This document shows, one piece after another, positions 38,542 to 51,689 of a DNA stretch of 64,000 nt. The stretch is from Octopus vulgaris (lineage: Eukaryota), in contig OX597825.1 of NCBI GenBank assembly GCA_951406725.2, positions 23,436,001 through 23,500,000 on the forward strand, in the 5' to 3' direction. The stretch's first letter is position 1; every line of letters starts with the position of its first letter. The notes below the pieces were generated by a model that was not told where the DNA came from, did not search any database, and worked only from the letters and a program-made list of their open reading frames with translations. The position numbers were made by a program, and so were the translations under genes.

Positions 38542-38772
38542 GAAGCTAAAAGACAATCATCCCTGACTACTTCTGGTGTTACCAATGTAAGCACGTCACC
38601 CACAGTTAATGTTACTTCTACTACTACTACCATTACCACTGCTGCTTCTTCAGTTACCAACATTAAAACCAGTCTCCAGCAGAGCCAACTGATTACCACA
38701 TCATTTCCACCTTCAAACTCTGTTAGATCAGCAGGGACGAAATTCTCCTCACCAAAACTCATTACCAAAGAG
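38542..38772 (+). CDS. Internal coding exon of the host gene, Ser/Thr-rich low complexity (phase 0-0, 77 aa)
   Basis: tttgtctttAG|GAA GCT AAA...ACC AAA GAG|GTAAAC. 231 nt open: EAKRQSSLTTSGVTNVSTSPTVNVTSTTTTITTAASSVTNIKTSLQQSQLITTSFPPSNSVRSAGTKFSSPKLITKE. Phase is compatible with the 16461 donor. Confidence 0.8.
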
Positions 38773-39197
38773 GTAAACGTTTTATTTGTATATGTTTAAG
38801 AAGTACAGGGTTCGTCATCATTTCTTAACATCTATTTTCTTTCATGCTGCCATGGGTTGGACATCTTGATAGGATCCAACCCATGCCTTGGGTTGTAGTA
38901 GGGTGAGTAATAAAATAAACTCATTAGGACTTACTGAGGGGATGACATGGGACCTTCAAACCCTGTTAGATCAACAGGGACAAAATTCTCCTCACCAAAA
39001 CTCATTTCCAAAGAGGTAAACGTTTTATTTGTATATGTTTAAGAAGTACAGGGTTCGTCATCATTTCTTAACATCTATTTTTTTTAATGCTGGCATGGGT
39101 TGGACATCTTGATAGGATCCAACCCATGCCCTGGGTTGTAGTAGGGAGAGTAATAAAATAAATTCATTAGGACTTACTGAGGGGATGACATGGGACC
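38709..39197. repeat. 243-bp tandem duplication covering the exon 3' end, its donor and adjacent intron
   Basis: 38709-38951 is repeated at 38952-39194 with few differences, and ACC microhomology sits at the junctions. Confidence 0.95.
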
Positions 39198-39749
39198 AAG
39201 TCTCCTGGTGGTTTGCTGTGCTTGAAGAAACGCATCAAGCTAAGTAAAAGCGTGGTTGTCCTTGCATACAAGATTGTCCCCTGTATCCCTCTCCAGCTAC
39301 GCATTCCTAACCTTGCATGGGTGTTGGTGCCATGTGAGAAGTACCCATACTGGTGCCACGTAAACGCACTCATGCTGGTGCTGCTTAAAAGTACCCAGTA
39401 CACTCTGTAGAATGGTTGGCATTAGGAAGGGCATCCAGCTATAGAAACTATGCCAAAACAGCCATAGAACCTGGGCTTCTCTTCAGCTGGCTAGCTCCTG
39501 CCAAACCATCCAACCCATGCCAGCACGGAAAACAGACATTGCATGATGATGATATATATATATTCTTTCATTTTTGTTTTTATTTCTTACATTTTAGTTC
39601 ATTTTTTCCTTGCTTGGCCTTCCTGACACTACTCCTTATTTCGTTTTCCAAAGAAAGGATATATATATATCCTTCGCCATGATAGATCGTTAGCCACTAC
39701 ACATACTTTTTTCTCTCCATTTTTTCTCTCCTTGTTTCTTTCTGTGTTC

Positions 39750-39785
39750 TTTTCTGCAGAAGAGCATAGGCTCGAAACATTAAAG
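39750..39785 (+). ncRNA. Degenerate minimal hammerhead-like motif (A6C core)
   Basis: tttt-CTGCAGA-a-gagc(atag)gctc-GAAA-cat-t-aaag. Confidence 0.45.
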
Positions 39786-40496
39786 ACTTTTTCAATTCCT
39801 GAGGGTTATACTAATACATCTGTTTGTTTTCTACACCACCTGTCTTCGTCTTTTGTTTTTTTTGGAATTCTCCCTATATATATATATATATATAATTACA
39901 CACACACACACACACACACATATACATATATTATATATGTATGTGTGTGTGTAGTGTAATGTATGCATTCGTACATTGGTGTGACTATTACAAAAAGCTC
40001 CTCCAGTGGACTCGGCTAACATGCCACATTGTAAATCTGGGAGATCCTATCAATGAAACTTTTTCATGAGGCATCAGAAGGTATGAGAAGTGAATATATT
40101 TATTTAACCAGTTGTCATCCGTAGGAGCTTTCTTCACGTAATAATAATTCCAGTGTACATCTTTTATCTTTTGCTTGTTTCAGTCATTAGACTGCAGCCA
40201 TGCTGGAGCATATGTTTACATGTCTGCTCTAATATGCATGCTATGCACTATACAGTAAAATTGTATGTTCACAAACCATGGCAGGTACAGAAAGCTGGCT
40301 CATCAGATCACCAGAACATTGTAGTTACACCAATGCTTCAAATTATCTACATTGGTTTGTGAATATTCAACTATATTGTATAATGTGTAGCATACATCTT
40401 AGTGCAGACATGTAAACATAATTTGTTTAAACACTGAAATTATTATTTCATAATGAAGGCTGTGAAACAGCTGTAATCCTAAAGATGACAAGTAGT

Positions 40497-40611
40497 TAAA
40501 TAAATTTATTCACCTCTCATATCTCCTGACTTTTTGTGGCATATATATACATATGTGTATACATAAGCCATTAAAGTCAGGATGTATGAGAAGTGAAGAT
40601 ATATTTATTTA
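40497..40611. repeat. Imperfect ~115-bp palindrome (fold-back)
   Basis: TAAATAAAT..TTCACCTCTCATATCTCCTGACTTTTTGTGGC pairs with GCCATTAAAGTCAGGATGTATGAGAAGTGAA..ATTTATTTA. Confidence 0.8.
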
Positions 40612-40802
40612 TCAATGTGATATACTTAGCATTATATCCCCTCCAGTTCACGTCTACCCATACTTTTCTCTTTTTCTCCCCCTCTCTCTCTATATATATA
40701 TATATACACACACACATACACATACAGACGTACACACACTTAGACACATATATCTATCTACATACACACCCATGTATACACACACACACATATGTACATA
40801 AA

Positions 40803-40958
40803 CCTTGAGTAAGTGTCTTCTACTATAGCCTCAGGCTGACCAAAGTCTTGTGAGTGGGTCTGGCAGACAGAAACTGAAAGAAACCTGTCATATATATATA
40901 TGTGTATATATGCATATTTATATATCTATGTGTGTGTATGTATGAGTATATCCGTGCA

Positions 40959-41005
<47 letters not shown>

Positions 41006-41290
41006 GTGTATATGTGGGTGTGTATGTAGATAGATATATGCTTATATGTGTGTGTATGTGTATATATATATATATACGTTTGTGTGTCTGTATTTGACCT
41101 TCCACCATCACTTGACAGCCAATGCTGGTGTGTTTACGACCCCATAACTTAGCGCTTCGGCAAAACAGATCAATAGAATAAGTACTAGGGTTACAAAGAA
41201 TAAGTCCCGGGCTTGATTTGTTGAACTAAAGGTGGTGCTCCAGCATGGCCACAGTCAAATGACTGAAACAAATAAAAGAATAGAAGAATA
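40803..41290 (+). mobile_element. SINE family A, 5'-truncated, expanded microsatellite
   Basis: Family A core and tail. Confidence 0.85.
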
Positions 41291-42230
41291 TAAACCTATA
41301 TGTATACACATGCATGGAAATATAAAGAGGAATTCTTCCTCAGGAGGTACAAACCATTACCGAGCACAAAAAAAATGATATTCCAACACACCACAACACA
41401 TAACAGGATCCTCCCCTTTCTTTGATATATAAAAACGATATATATATCCAAATGGCAACAGTCAGGATACTTATTAATCAGACCTCATAGTCTAATTAAG
41501 AATGGACTTGGTATTCACAGACATGAGTTTTTATGTAACAAACTGGGCCAAATTGAAGCAAACATAAATAAATCTTAAATTTACTCAGGGCGTCCCATAC
41601 TGAATAATGTCATCCACCTGTTAGTGTTTAGCTATATTGATTTTTGAAGGAGGATATTAAAGGAACCGTAATTCTCATGACTTTCCAGCAGACATAAAAT
41701 AAAGGGAAATAGTTCTGAATGAGAATGAAAATCTATTGCAGGCAAAGACTATAGAGAACATAGCAATGTCCCATGATACTTGTTACGATTACATAGCCAT
41801 CAGGTTATTGCCATAAGGAGAGGATATGAATTATTGAATAAATATTTCCATAATCACGGCTGAAGGTCAAGAACCACAGTCACAAACTATTCATTGCATT
41901 TTTATACTCTCTTTGGGAGATATACAAACAATTGGAATTCAGTTCTTCTCTTTCTTCTGCCTTATTTACTGTTGGGTTAGCTTATAGTCTTTATCTTGTC
42001 TTGGATACTTAAGGGCAGAGAAGATTTAAATTTGGAGTTCTTTGCTTAAAGTTCAATCCCAGATCATCCACCAAATGCAACTTCTTGTTGTGCTTTCTCC
42101 TTGAGGCATGCTTTAACAAAAGCTAAAGGGTGCCTCACTCCCAATGGTCTAACATCGCACCAGACTCACCCAAATTGTAATTTCTAAGCTCCTACATAAC
42201 AAATATATATATATGTACTTATATATATAT

Positions 42231-42631
42231 AGGCGCAGGAGTGGCTGTGTGGTAAGTAGCTTGCTAACCAACCACATGGTTCCGGGTTCAGTCCCACTGC
42301 GTGGCATCTTGGGCAAGTGTCTTCTGCTATAGCCCCGGGCCGACCAATGCCTTGTGAATGGATTTGGTAGATGGAAACTGAAAGAAGCCTGTCGTATATA
42401 TGTATATATATATATGTGTGTGTGTGTCTGTGTTTGTCCCCCTAGCATTGCTTGACAACCGATGCTGGTATGCTTACGTCCCCATCACTTAGCGGTTCAG
42501 CAAAAGAGACCAATAGAATAAGTACTGGGCTTACAAAGAATAAGTCCCGGGGTCGATTTGCTCGACTAAAGGCGGTGCTCCAGCATGGCCGCAGTCAAAT
42601 GACTGAAACAAGTAAAAGAGTAAAAGAGAGA

Positions 42632-42633
<2 letters not shown>
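42231..42633 (+). mobile_element. SINE family A, young
   Basis: Very similar to 1-385. Confidence 0.9.
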
Positions 42634-42670
<37 letters not shown>

Positions 42671-43444
42671 GATAAATATTAGATATTTTAAGACATTTAG
42701 TCCAGTAGCACACAACTGTTTCTGCTTCTCCCTCTCTTTTTTTCCATGCTTTATTTTGTTAATATTTCTTCAACAAAATATTCCAGATAAATGTGTCTGG
42801 GTGTGTTTACATACAAATATTACCAAACAATAGACTATTTGTTATTCAAATGTCAATATAATTTCCTTTTAACAAAAATTTAATTTAGTAGTTATGATAT
42901 TTAATTCTTTGTATTTAACTTTTCATTTCTATATTGTTTCCTTTTTTTTTTCTTTATCTTTCTCTGATTTCATTAAACTGCCATACTATTGTATGGTGTT
43001 GTATTTATTGTATTTATTGATATAATTTTGACAAAAATACATAATTATTTACTTAAGGAAAGTGGTAGCAATTTTTTTTTAAATATTTCATTAACGACTT
43101 TATATATTTCTTTCTTCTGTAACGTAATGAATACAATGAAAACAAGTTCATAAGGCAAGCCAGTCTGTAAGTGTGAGAGAATAGCAATAAAATATTGAAT
43201 GTCAGTGAATTCTTGCTTCTTAATAAGAAAATGTTGGTGTTATAAGCTGAGAGACGATTTACTTTTATATGAGGTGTGTGAACGTTTTGTTATATTTTCG
43301 TGTATGATAATAATAGTATAGAATACCCAAGTATGGAGCACCAACAAAGAACATATGTTAATCTGTTAAATCGTGTGTAATGTGTGCATCATTAGCACCA
43401 TTATTCTCTGGTGAACTGGCGGGGGTCATTAGAGCAATGAGTAG

Positions 43445-43445
<1 letters not shown>

Positions 43446-43479
<34 letters not shown>

Positions 43480-43507
43480 CCATCATTACCATCACCATCA
43501 TCATCAT

Positions 43508-43605
<98 letters not shown>

Positions 43606-43625
43606 TCACCACCACCACCACCACC

Positions 43626-43675
<50 letters not shown>

Positions 43676-43930
43676 GTAGTACCCGCTTTCCATGCTGGCA
43701 TGGGTTAGACGGTTTGACTGAGAATGGTAAGCTGGAGAGCCGCACCGAGTTCCAGTCTGATTTGGTGTGGTTACTATGGCTGGATGCCCTTCTTAATTCT
43801 AATCCCTCCAAGAGTGTAATGGGTGCTCTTTATGTGCCACCAGCATAAGAGCCAGGTGTGTGACACTGGTATCAGTCGCAACTATGATTTCACCTGGCTT
43901 GACGAATCTTCTCAAGCATGGAATATTGCC
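43446..43930 (-). mobile_element. RTE-type 3' end with ~230-bp expanded (GAT/GGT)n tail
   Basis: (CAT)n/(CAC)n tract at 43446-43675 followed by the reverse-complement tail family. Confidence 0.85.
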
Positions 43931-46133
43931 AAGGGTTTCATTGTTCCAATTCTATGATTGAATTGAAATCCTACCGAGGTCAATGTTGCTGTCCTTCCTT
44001 TTGGGGGGTGGGGATAGAAAAGTAGCAATCCATGGTGATGGGTTGGCAAAACTGTAAGAACATCAGACCAGTTGTTTTGCCATATCTGTTTCAGCCCTTT
44101 GCACTAAGATTTCAAATCCCACCATTGTTTATTTCGGTACTAGACACAATCTGTTACCTTGTTTAACACCACTATTACCCCTGGCATCTCTGGGAATTTT
44201 TGCAGAATCCACTCTGTTGCAAGCAGTTGAACTAACACTTTGTTTTAGGATACGTTCCTTACTTCTCTCAGTCTTGGAGTCCCTGTAAAAGGTCATGGAG
44301 ACTGCATTCCATCCTTGTAAAAGACAAGAAAAAATTTCAAACAACAAAAAAATTGGATGCTATTTCTTTTCTCAATGATTATTCATTGTGAACTTCTTCT
44401 ATGTGGGGAAGAAATTCCAGGGATTTAGAGCTTTCAGTGAAGAACAACAGTGCTATATTTCATGGTACTTAAGACACACCTTTCCCCCCACCAAAATGTC
44501 TCAAAAATCACATCAGCTTTTATATACAAAGTTGGGTCCCCCACAGGCTTTAATGCACTAAGAACTATTTTTCTCCTATGTACGCTGCTGAAATTGGGGT
44601 GCATCTAATATGCCCTTGCATCTTTTACACCACCAAATATAGTTTTTAAAGTGGAATCTGGGGTGTGTGATAGTGGTGGTGGTGGGGGGGGAAAGACATA
44701 GTACTGTTATGATTACTTGTTTGATTGTTTGAGTATCTATAACATGCTGAAACTCTGAATTCAAATTAAATTTTTTATTTTTTAAAGAATGGTTGCCAAG
44801 TAAAATAAAACAATAATTTTCATTTTGTTTTTCAAAACAGCTCTTTTGTGCAAGTTATCATTAACTTTGTAAAATCAATTTAATATTGTATGGTAGATTA
44901 TAAAATCGACAACAGAATTAATTACAGCAAAATCAAAATACACACATAGGTACATAGCAACATGCTTTTGCATATATTAGTGATTCTAACTGTTAGTTGT
45001 GCACAATAGAATCTATTACAGACTATATTGATAAGGGAAAAGTTTGTTATTGTTTTTAGTCATTAACTTTTTGGTTAATATTGGGCCACGTTAAGACTTA
45101 ATGCTTAGTGGCATTTCTGTCTTTACATTCTGAGTTCAGATTCCACCGAGGTTGACTTAGCCCTTCATCCTTTCAGGGTTGATAAAATAAGTACCAGTTG
45201 AATACTAGGGTCAATGTAACTGACTTATCCACTCCCTCAGAATTGCCAGTCTTGGGCTAAAATTTGAAATCAAAATTGGGCCACTTTGCCTTTCATCTTT
45301 TTGGAGTCGATAAAATAAGTACCAGCTGAATGCTGGGGTTTTGTGTTATTTACTTATGCCCTCCACTGATACTGCTGGCCTTATGCCAAAATTTGAAACC
45401 AATACTGGTCCTTCTTCTCATATAGAATTGTCCCTTGGTGTTTCTTTAACTTTTTGTTTGGTACCTTCATTTATGAGAATTTTCAGTTTGTTGGTGTCTC
45501 CATCACCAGCATTACCCTTGTCTTTAAATAGAAATACTCGCCAGAGTCTTCTGGAAGGGTTTAACATTATTATATATTTTTTTTAGAGATGATCCATTTC
45601 AGTTGTTTGGATTTCTTCACCACATGTAAAACTTTCTCTCTCAGTTCCTCTATTTCTGTTTCTTTCTTTAAAGTTTGTTAACCGAATATTCAATTTATTT
45701 CATGTTTCAGTAAGAAATCCATTCAATGCTAGTCGCAAACCATAGCCCTCTATTCGGTACCTGTTTTTGGGATTCGGTCAATTGCTTTTTACTAAGATCA
45801 TCAACCAGTTTTACTTGTTCATGCTATTTTTTCCCTTCTGAAGAATCTTTATCTTCTTGAGAATCTGTAGTCATTGATGTGGGCTACTACAGCCTTATCA
45901 AATTTTATTATTGTGAGATGGGCATACAAGGTCATGGTTACTCTGAAAGGATCCTTGGATCTTAATTGAATTTTTCTGTGTTATTGATTGAATTTAATGA
46001 TTTGTGTTTCAGCCATTGGTGTCAGTTTAGATTGGATTATTCCTAAATCATCATGACATTTTGACTTTTTGTCGGTTGCTTGACCTGCAAGCTCTTTGCT
46101 CTTATCTGCTTGTCACAATACCATGATTTAAAG

Positions 46134-46389
46134 CAGTGGTCTTCAACAAGGGTCCACTTGACCCTTGTGGGTCCATAAAAGATTTTCTTGTTAAAATTTA
46201 TCTGCAGTAAATTGGCTATACTTGTGTAATGCACAACATATTTTAACAAATTTTTATACAGTTCCTAATAATATTTAATCATAAAAAATATAATGGGATC
46301 TTTTAAAACATCAAAGGGCTACAAAGATCCAGCAGAGTAAAATAAGATTCAAAAGGAACCATAGGCAAAAAAGGGGTTGAGAATCACTG
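46134..46389. mobile_element. hAT-type MITE
   Basis: TIRs CAGTGGTCTTCAAC and GTTGAGAATCACTG. 8-bp TSD ATTTAAAG / ATTTAAAA. Confidence 0.8.
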
Positions 46390-47407
46390 ATTTAAAAGAA
46401 AGGTAATTTGATGTTTATGATATCTTTTTATATTCCTCACCCTAGTTTTTTATCAGAAGTTGATAAATATCTTAACGTCTGAGATGGGTTGTTGTTAATT
46501 AGAAAAATAATAGTTTTTCTCAAGTTGTTTGTTCTGTAATCATAAAAAACTTTCTGCAATTATCTGGAGTTAATTTCATATATTTACAATAAACAAATGT
46601 TTATCAATGTTTTTGCTTGTAAAATAGATTTTCTTTTCCTGTATTAGTTATATATATATTTTTTTTTACTACGCATGGTATGACAGTTTTGGAGAAATGT
46701 TATGGTTCTAATTCACTTAGCAAGTCTTTTAGTATTTAGTATAAGTGGTACACTTGAGAAGATCGACTGAAAGTTTTTTACTTGTGGAACAATAATGATA
46801 TTTGGAAGCAATTATCTGTATCTGTTATGTTAAATACTATATAGAGATTAGTCATGAAATAAAACTAGTTTAATTTCCATTGATTACATCCACAAACAGC
46901 TAGAGAAATACATGCAAAAACAAACACACCAAACACACACACAAACACTGACAAACTGATTTATAACAAATTTGGTTTCCCATTTCAGAAAACCTAAAGT
47001 AGATAGAAAAAAAGAAAATTACAAACTTTATCTCTTCATAAATATAAAACTATGCTTTCTATGTTATAATGTGATACAATTTTGACCTCAGTTGTAAGGT
47101 TGTATTATCGGGATAATAATGTTATCCCAAATATCCTAAATTGTCTCCAGAAAACATTTTCTTTTCTTGTATCACATTATACTGCAATCTCCTTATCCAA
47201 GACCCTATTGGTTGTTTTAAAGTGCTGTTTTTGACAGCACAATCTCGGTTCTTTGGATAATTACTTAAATCATAATTTAAGTAATTCTCTAATAATTAAC
47301 GTCTTTCAGTGAATTCTTATCTCGTGCTTTACTTCTGTTATTTAATGTTTGTTTTCTTTGGTAAGCTACACGTGATTGCATTAAAATACACAGACACACA
47401 GACACAC

Positions 47408-47516
<109 letters not shown>

Positions 47517-47560
47517 AGTGTGTAGGTATATATATATATATGTATATATGTGTGTTTGTG

Positions 47561-47628
<68 letters not shown>

Positions 47629-48656
47629 CATACATACATACATACATACATACATACATACATACATACATACATACATACACACATATATATATATATT
47701 TATGTTCTAGTCATTTCTACAATTGTTTTAGTATGTGCTTAACAGTAAGAAACCAATACTGAAGTATGTTACTTATCTGTCATCCTTACTATCATTTGTG
47801 TTCCATTGTTGCATAAGGATGTAATATGCTGTACTAAGTTTGGCTGGCACGAACAGAAAAAGTCTCTTTCTCCCTCACTCTAAACAAACTTAATCACGTC
47901 CCCACTATACTGTTACTGGCACCATCAACTCTATGTCTAGTTTATCTCAGCCTTCCTCTTTATGTTGCTATCAATAACACAACATTATTCTTACCAATTC
48001 CTCAACTTTGACTATCTCATTTATATTTCACTAACCTGATAAACAAATTTTATTGCCCGACTTGCTAACAGCATGATTGCAGTGATTATGTTCCGTGGTT
48101 AATCATCATTATCATTTAATTGTCATCATCATCATCAGCAGTGGCAGTGGTGCGGTTGTTGTCGGTGGGGCTCGCAGTGGCGTTATTGGCATTGTTGGTG
48201 GTGGCGGTGTCAGCATAGTCACAGTGGCATCATCATTATCATCGTCATCATCATCATCATCATCATCGTTTCATAGTCATCATTGCAGCAGCTCTTCTAC
48301 CATCCTCTTTTGAGTTGGCCTGAGCTATCCCATAGTACCTTGCTAATCATCTTAGTCTTTTCACGACCCAGCATTTTCAGATCAGACTTCACTATTTCTT
48401 CCTGCCTTTCACCTTCTTCCATTATGACCACCCTTCACCAGCAGTTCTTGCCATTTCTATCGCAACATTCGTTGTCATTGTACATCACATATTTGCACCA
48501 ATGCAGTGATTCTAGTCTGTTGCACATATTATCTGGTATCTTTAAAGGCCCAGTCATTCTCTGTCATGGTCTTGGCTAACATCTAACATTACACACCTCA
48601 AAACTTCATACATTCCTTGTTAATTTTTTTTCTCTAGATTCCATAGAATTTCCACT

Positions 48657-48977
48657 TTCGTGTTGGGCCTCTTTCAAGTGTTGGGCCTCTTTCGAGTGTT
48701 GGGCTTCTTTCGAGTGTTGGTCCTCTTTTGAGTGTTGGTCCTCTTTCGAGTGTTGGTCCTCTTTCAAGTGTTGGTCCTCTTTCGAGTGTTGGACCTCTTT
48801 CGAGTGTTGGTCCTCTTTCGAGTGTTGGACCTCTTTTGAGTGTTGGGCCTCTTTTGAGTATTGGGCCTCTTTTGAGTATTGGGCCTCTTTCAAGTATTAG
48901 GCCTCTTTCAAGTGTTGGGCTTCTTTTAAGTGTTGGGCCTCTTTCGAGTGTTGGGCCTTTTTTGAGTGTTGGGCCTC
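48657..48977. repeat. 18-bp minisatellite (TCGAGTGTTGGGCCTCTT)n, ~17 copies
   Basis: Direct tandem repeats running into RTE-tail-related sequence. Explains the KEAQHS and SVGPLS ORFs. Confidence 0.95.
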
Positions 48978-49342
48978 ATGGAGGCAATGACCAAGACCTT
49001 TGGTATTATGTCATTCTTGAGAAGAAGGCCTATCAAGCTAAACAAAATCACAGTCATGGCAGATACAGGTATCACACAAATTGGCATGTAAACACACCCC
49101 AGTGTTATGCAAATGGCACCTGTGCCAGTGGCACATAAAAGCACCCATTACACTCAGAGTGAATGATGATGATGGTGATGATGATGATTGTCCTTGCCTT
49201 ACTACAGTCCCATTTGCAGAGAAATGTCCCTTGTTGCCATTAGAGGGAACAACTTTCTACGTTTGTGAGACTGCCACTTATCTTAGCTAATATGTGTCCA
49301 TATTAGGGAATTATTTAAATTATTTAAATTAATTAAATTCTA

Positions 49343-49373
<31 letters not shown>

Positions 49374-49587
49374 GATTTGGTTTGCAAGATTCTTAATATG
49401 AGTTCATGTGTTGAAGCATATTCTGTTGTGTCTGGGGAGAGTAATTTTCTTTCTGTATTGAAAAGGTTGCAAGATGCAATGAAAATTTTAGGAAAATAAA
49501 GATAAGAAATAAGCGGAAATTTTACCAGTGAGTGTGTTAAATTATAAGGCACAAAAAGAAAATGATTCTCCCTAGACACAACAGAAT

Positions 49588-49960
49588 AATAATGAAATTA
49601 TTGTGTATAGTGCTCAGGTGCACTACAACTCATCAAAGGTGCATGTACAGTACATAGAATTATGTACAAAAGTCAGGAAGGCGAACAGTGTATGAGTCAT
49701 GATATACATGTGTGCATGTGTATGGAGGGGGGATATCAGGTGTAGTGTTGACGAATTTCAGGAAGCATAGAGGTTTTAAAGGATGCAATGTCTCAGCAAC
49801 TAACAACATGTGCAAGTAGTTTGTACCATGCTTCAACAACTCTGAATGTGAAAAAATATATTTCTGAAAGTCATGGGAGCTGTGCTGTTTTATGACTTTG
49901 TAGGCATGCCCATTGTGTGTTAGACACATGGAGACCCAAAAGGTGCTCAAGGTGGTTTTT
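49588..49960 (-). mobile_element. CR1-like LINE 3' end
   Basis: Reverse complement of the 3285-3536 family. Confidence 0.8.
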
Positions 49961-50378
49961 GGTGCGACAGTTAATAATTTTGTGGGTGTTTACTAAGTTT
50001 TGATAAATACGGCACCAGCTGGAAAACAGCAACTATGCAACTAGGTATTTTTCAGTGAATGATTATAAGAAATGTCTATAATAATTTGAACATTTCTGTG
50101 AAGACATTTCCTTGCTAGTGATAATGAATACCCCCAGATCACCATGTTTGGGAGGGTTGATAGTGTAGAAATAGACAAGTGCACTTTTGCTGATCACTGA
50201 GACCCATTTAAGTGGTTTTATGTAATATGTAAATACATAACTTGGAGTGGTTGGCATTGGGAAGGGCATCCAGCTGTAGAAACCATGCCAAACCAAAGTG
50301 GAACTTGGTGCAGCTCTCCGGGTTACCAGTTCCAGTCAAACCACATAACCCATGTCCGCATGGAAAGCAAATGCTAAG

Positions 50379-50422
<44 letters not shown>

Positions 50423-50825
50423 TATGTGAAGGCATGTGGGCCGTCTTTTGGACTGTTTGGCTTAGGGTCATAAGTTCATGAGTTCAATTCCTGCACTTGG
50501 GAGTGCACTGTGTGCTTGAGCGAGGCACTTCATTGCATCTGACCCCATGCAAGCATGGAAAAGTGAATGTTAAACACTGAATGATGATAAAGCAGAAGAA
50601 GAAGAAGAAGAAGAATATGATAATGACGATGGCGATGTTGATGATGATGATGATGATGACGACAACAAAGAAGAAGAAGGGAAGAGGAAGAGGAAGAAGA
50701 AGATGATAATGATGATGACAACAAAGAAGAAGAAGAAGATGATGACGAAGAAGAAGATGATAATGATGATGGCGATGTTGATGATGATGATGATGATGAC
50801 GACAACAAAGAAGAAGAAGAAGAAG

Positions 50826-50904
<79 letters not shown>

Positions 50905-51689
50905 TGATGATGATATAGATTTTTCCATCATGAAAAACTGTGTCCAATCTATTTGCAATGAACAACTCGTGTGAATTTGAATTTATGTTCTTTTATCAAT
51001 AGAGACAAAGTCTTGGAATCAGCTGAATTTGCACTCAAAACCGTGGGTTGCTATCAGCAAGAAAGTACAGCATTTTTGATATAAAGTTATGAATGGAAAA
51101 TAGGAACAAAGCAGTTATTGAATTTCATGTTTAATAATTGTGATTAATTTCACTCTTTACAGTTTTTTTTTTCTTTTTTTTAAAAATCTAATTGCTACAT
51201 TTACATTGGAATTTTATGCACTAAGTCAAAAGACATTTTGAGTTCAGGTTGTTTGCACACAATACACTGCGGTTCAATAAAAAAAAGAAAAAAAAGAAAT
51301 TAAATTAGCATTTAGAAAATTTACTTGGCTTTTTTCATCTTCAAGCGTGATAAGGAATTTGTCGAGGGTGCAAAAATTAATCAAACATTACCCTGGAGAT
51401 GCTGAGCATAGACAATGTTAGGCATCGCTATTGTAGATGTTCTCATAGTTGATCAACGCTGTTGCTCGCTTGCAAGTAAACAATAGATAACAAAACTACA
51501 ATAAATCACATCGGTATCACTGTTTCAATCAGCTGCTGCAACAAATATATCAGAATTAATGCTGTCAAATTCTTTATTTAAGCGAGGACAACAAAGACCG
51601 AGTCACCTATATTAAAAGTGTACGTCACGTCTGAATCTCGTGAAACGGTTAATGTATTGGTATTGGTTATAGCGTAAATGACAATTGTT

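Noticed and set aside
48606-49138. Repetitive proteins (KEAQHS)n / (SVGPLS)n
   Set aside because: An 18-bp minisatellite open on both strands, continuous with TE-tail sequence, with no convincing splice signals.
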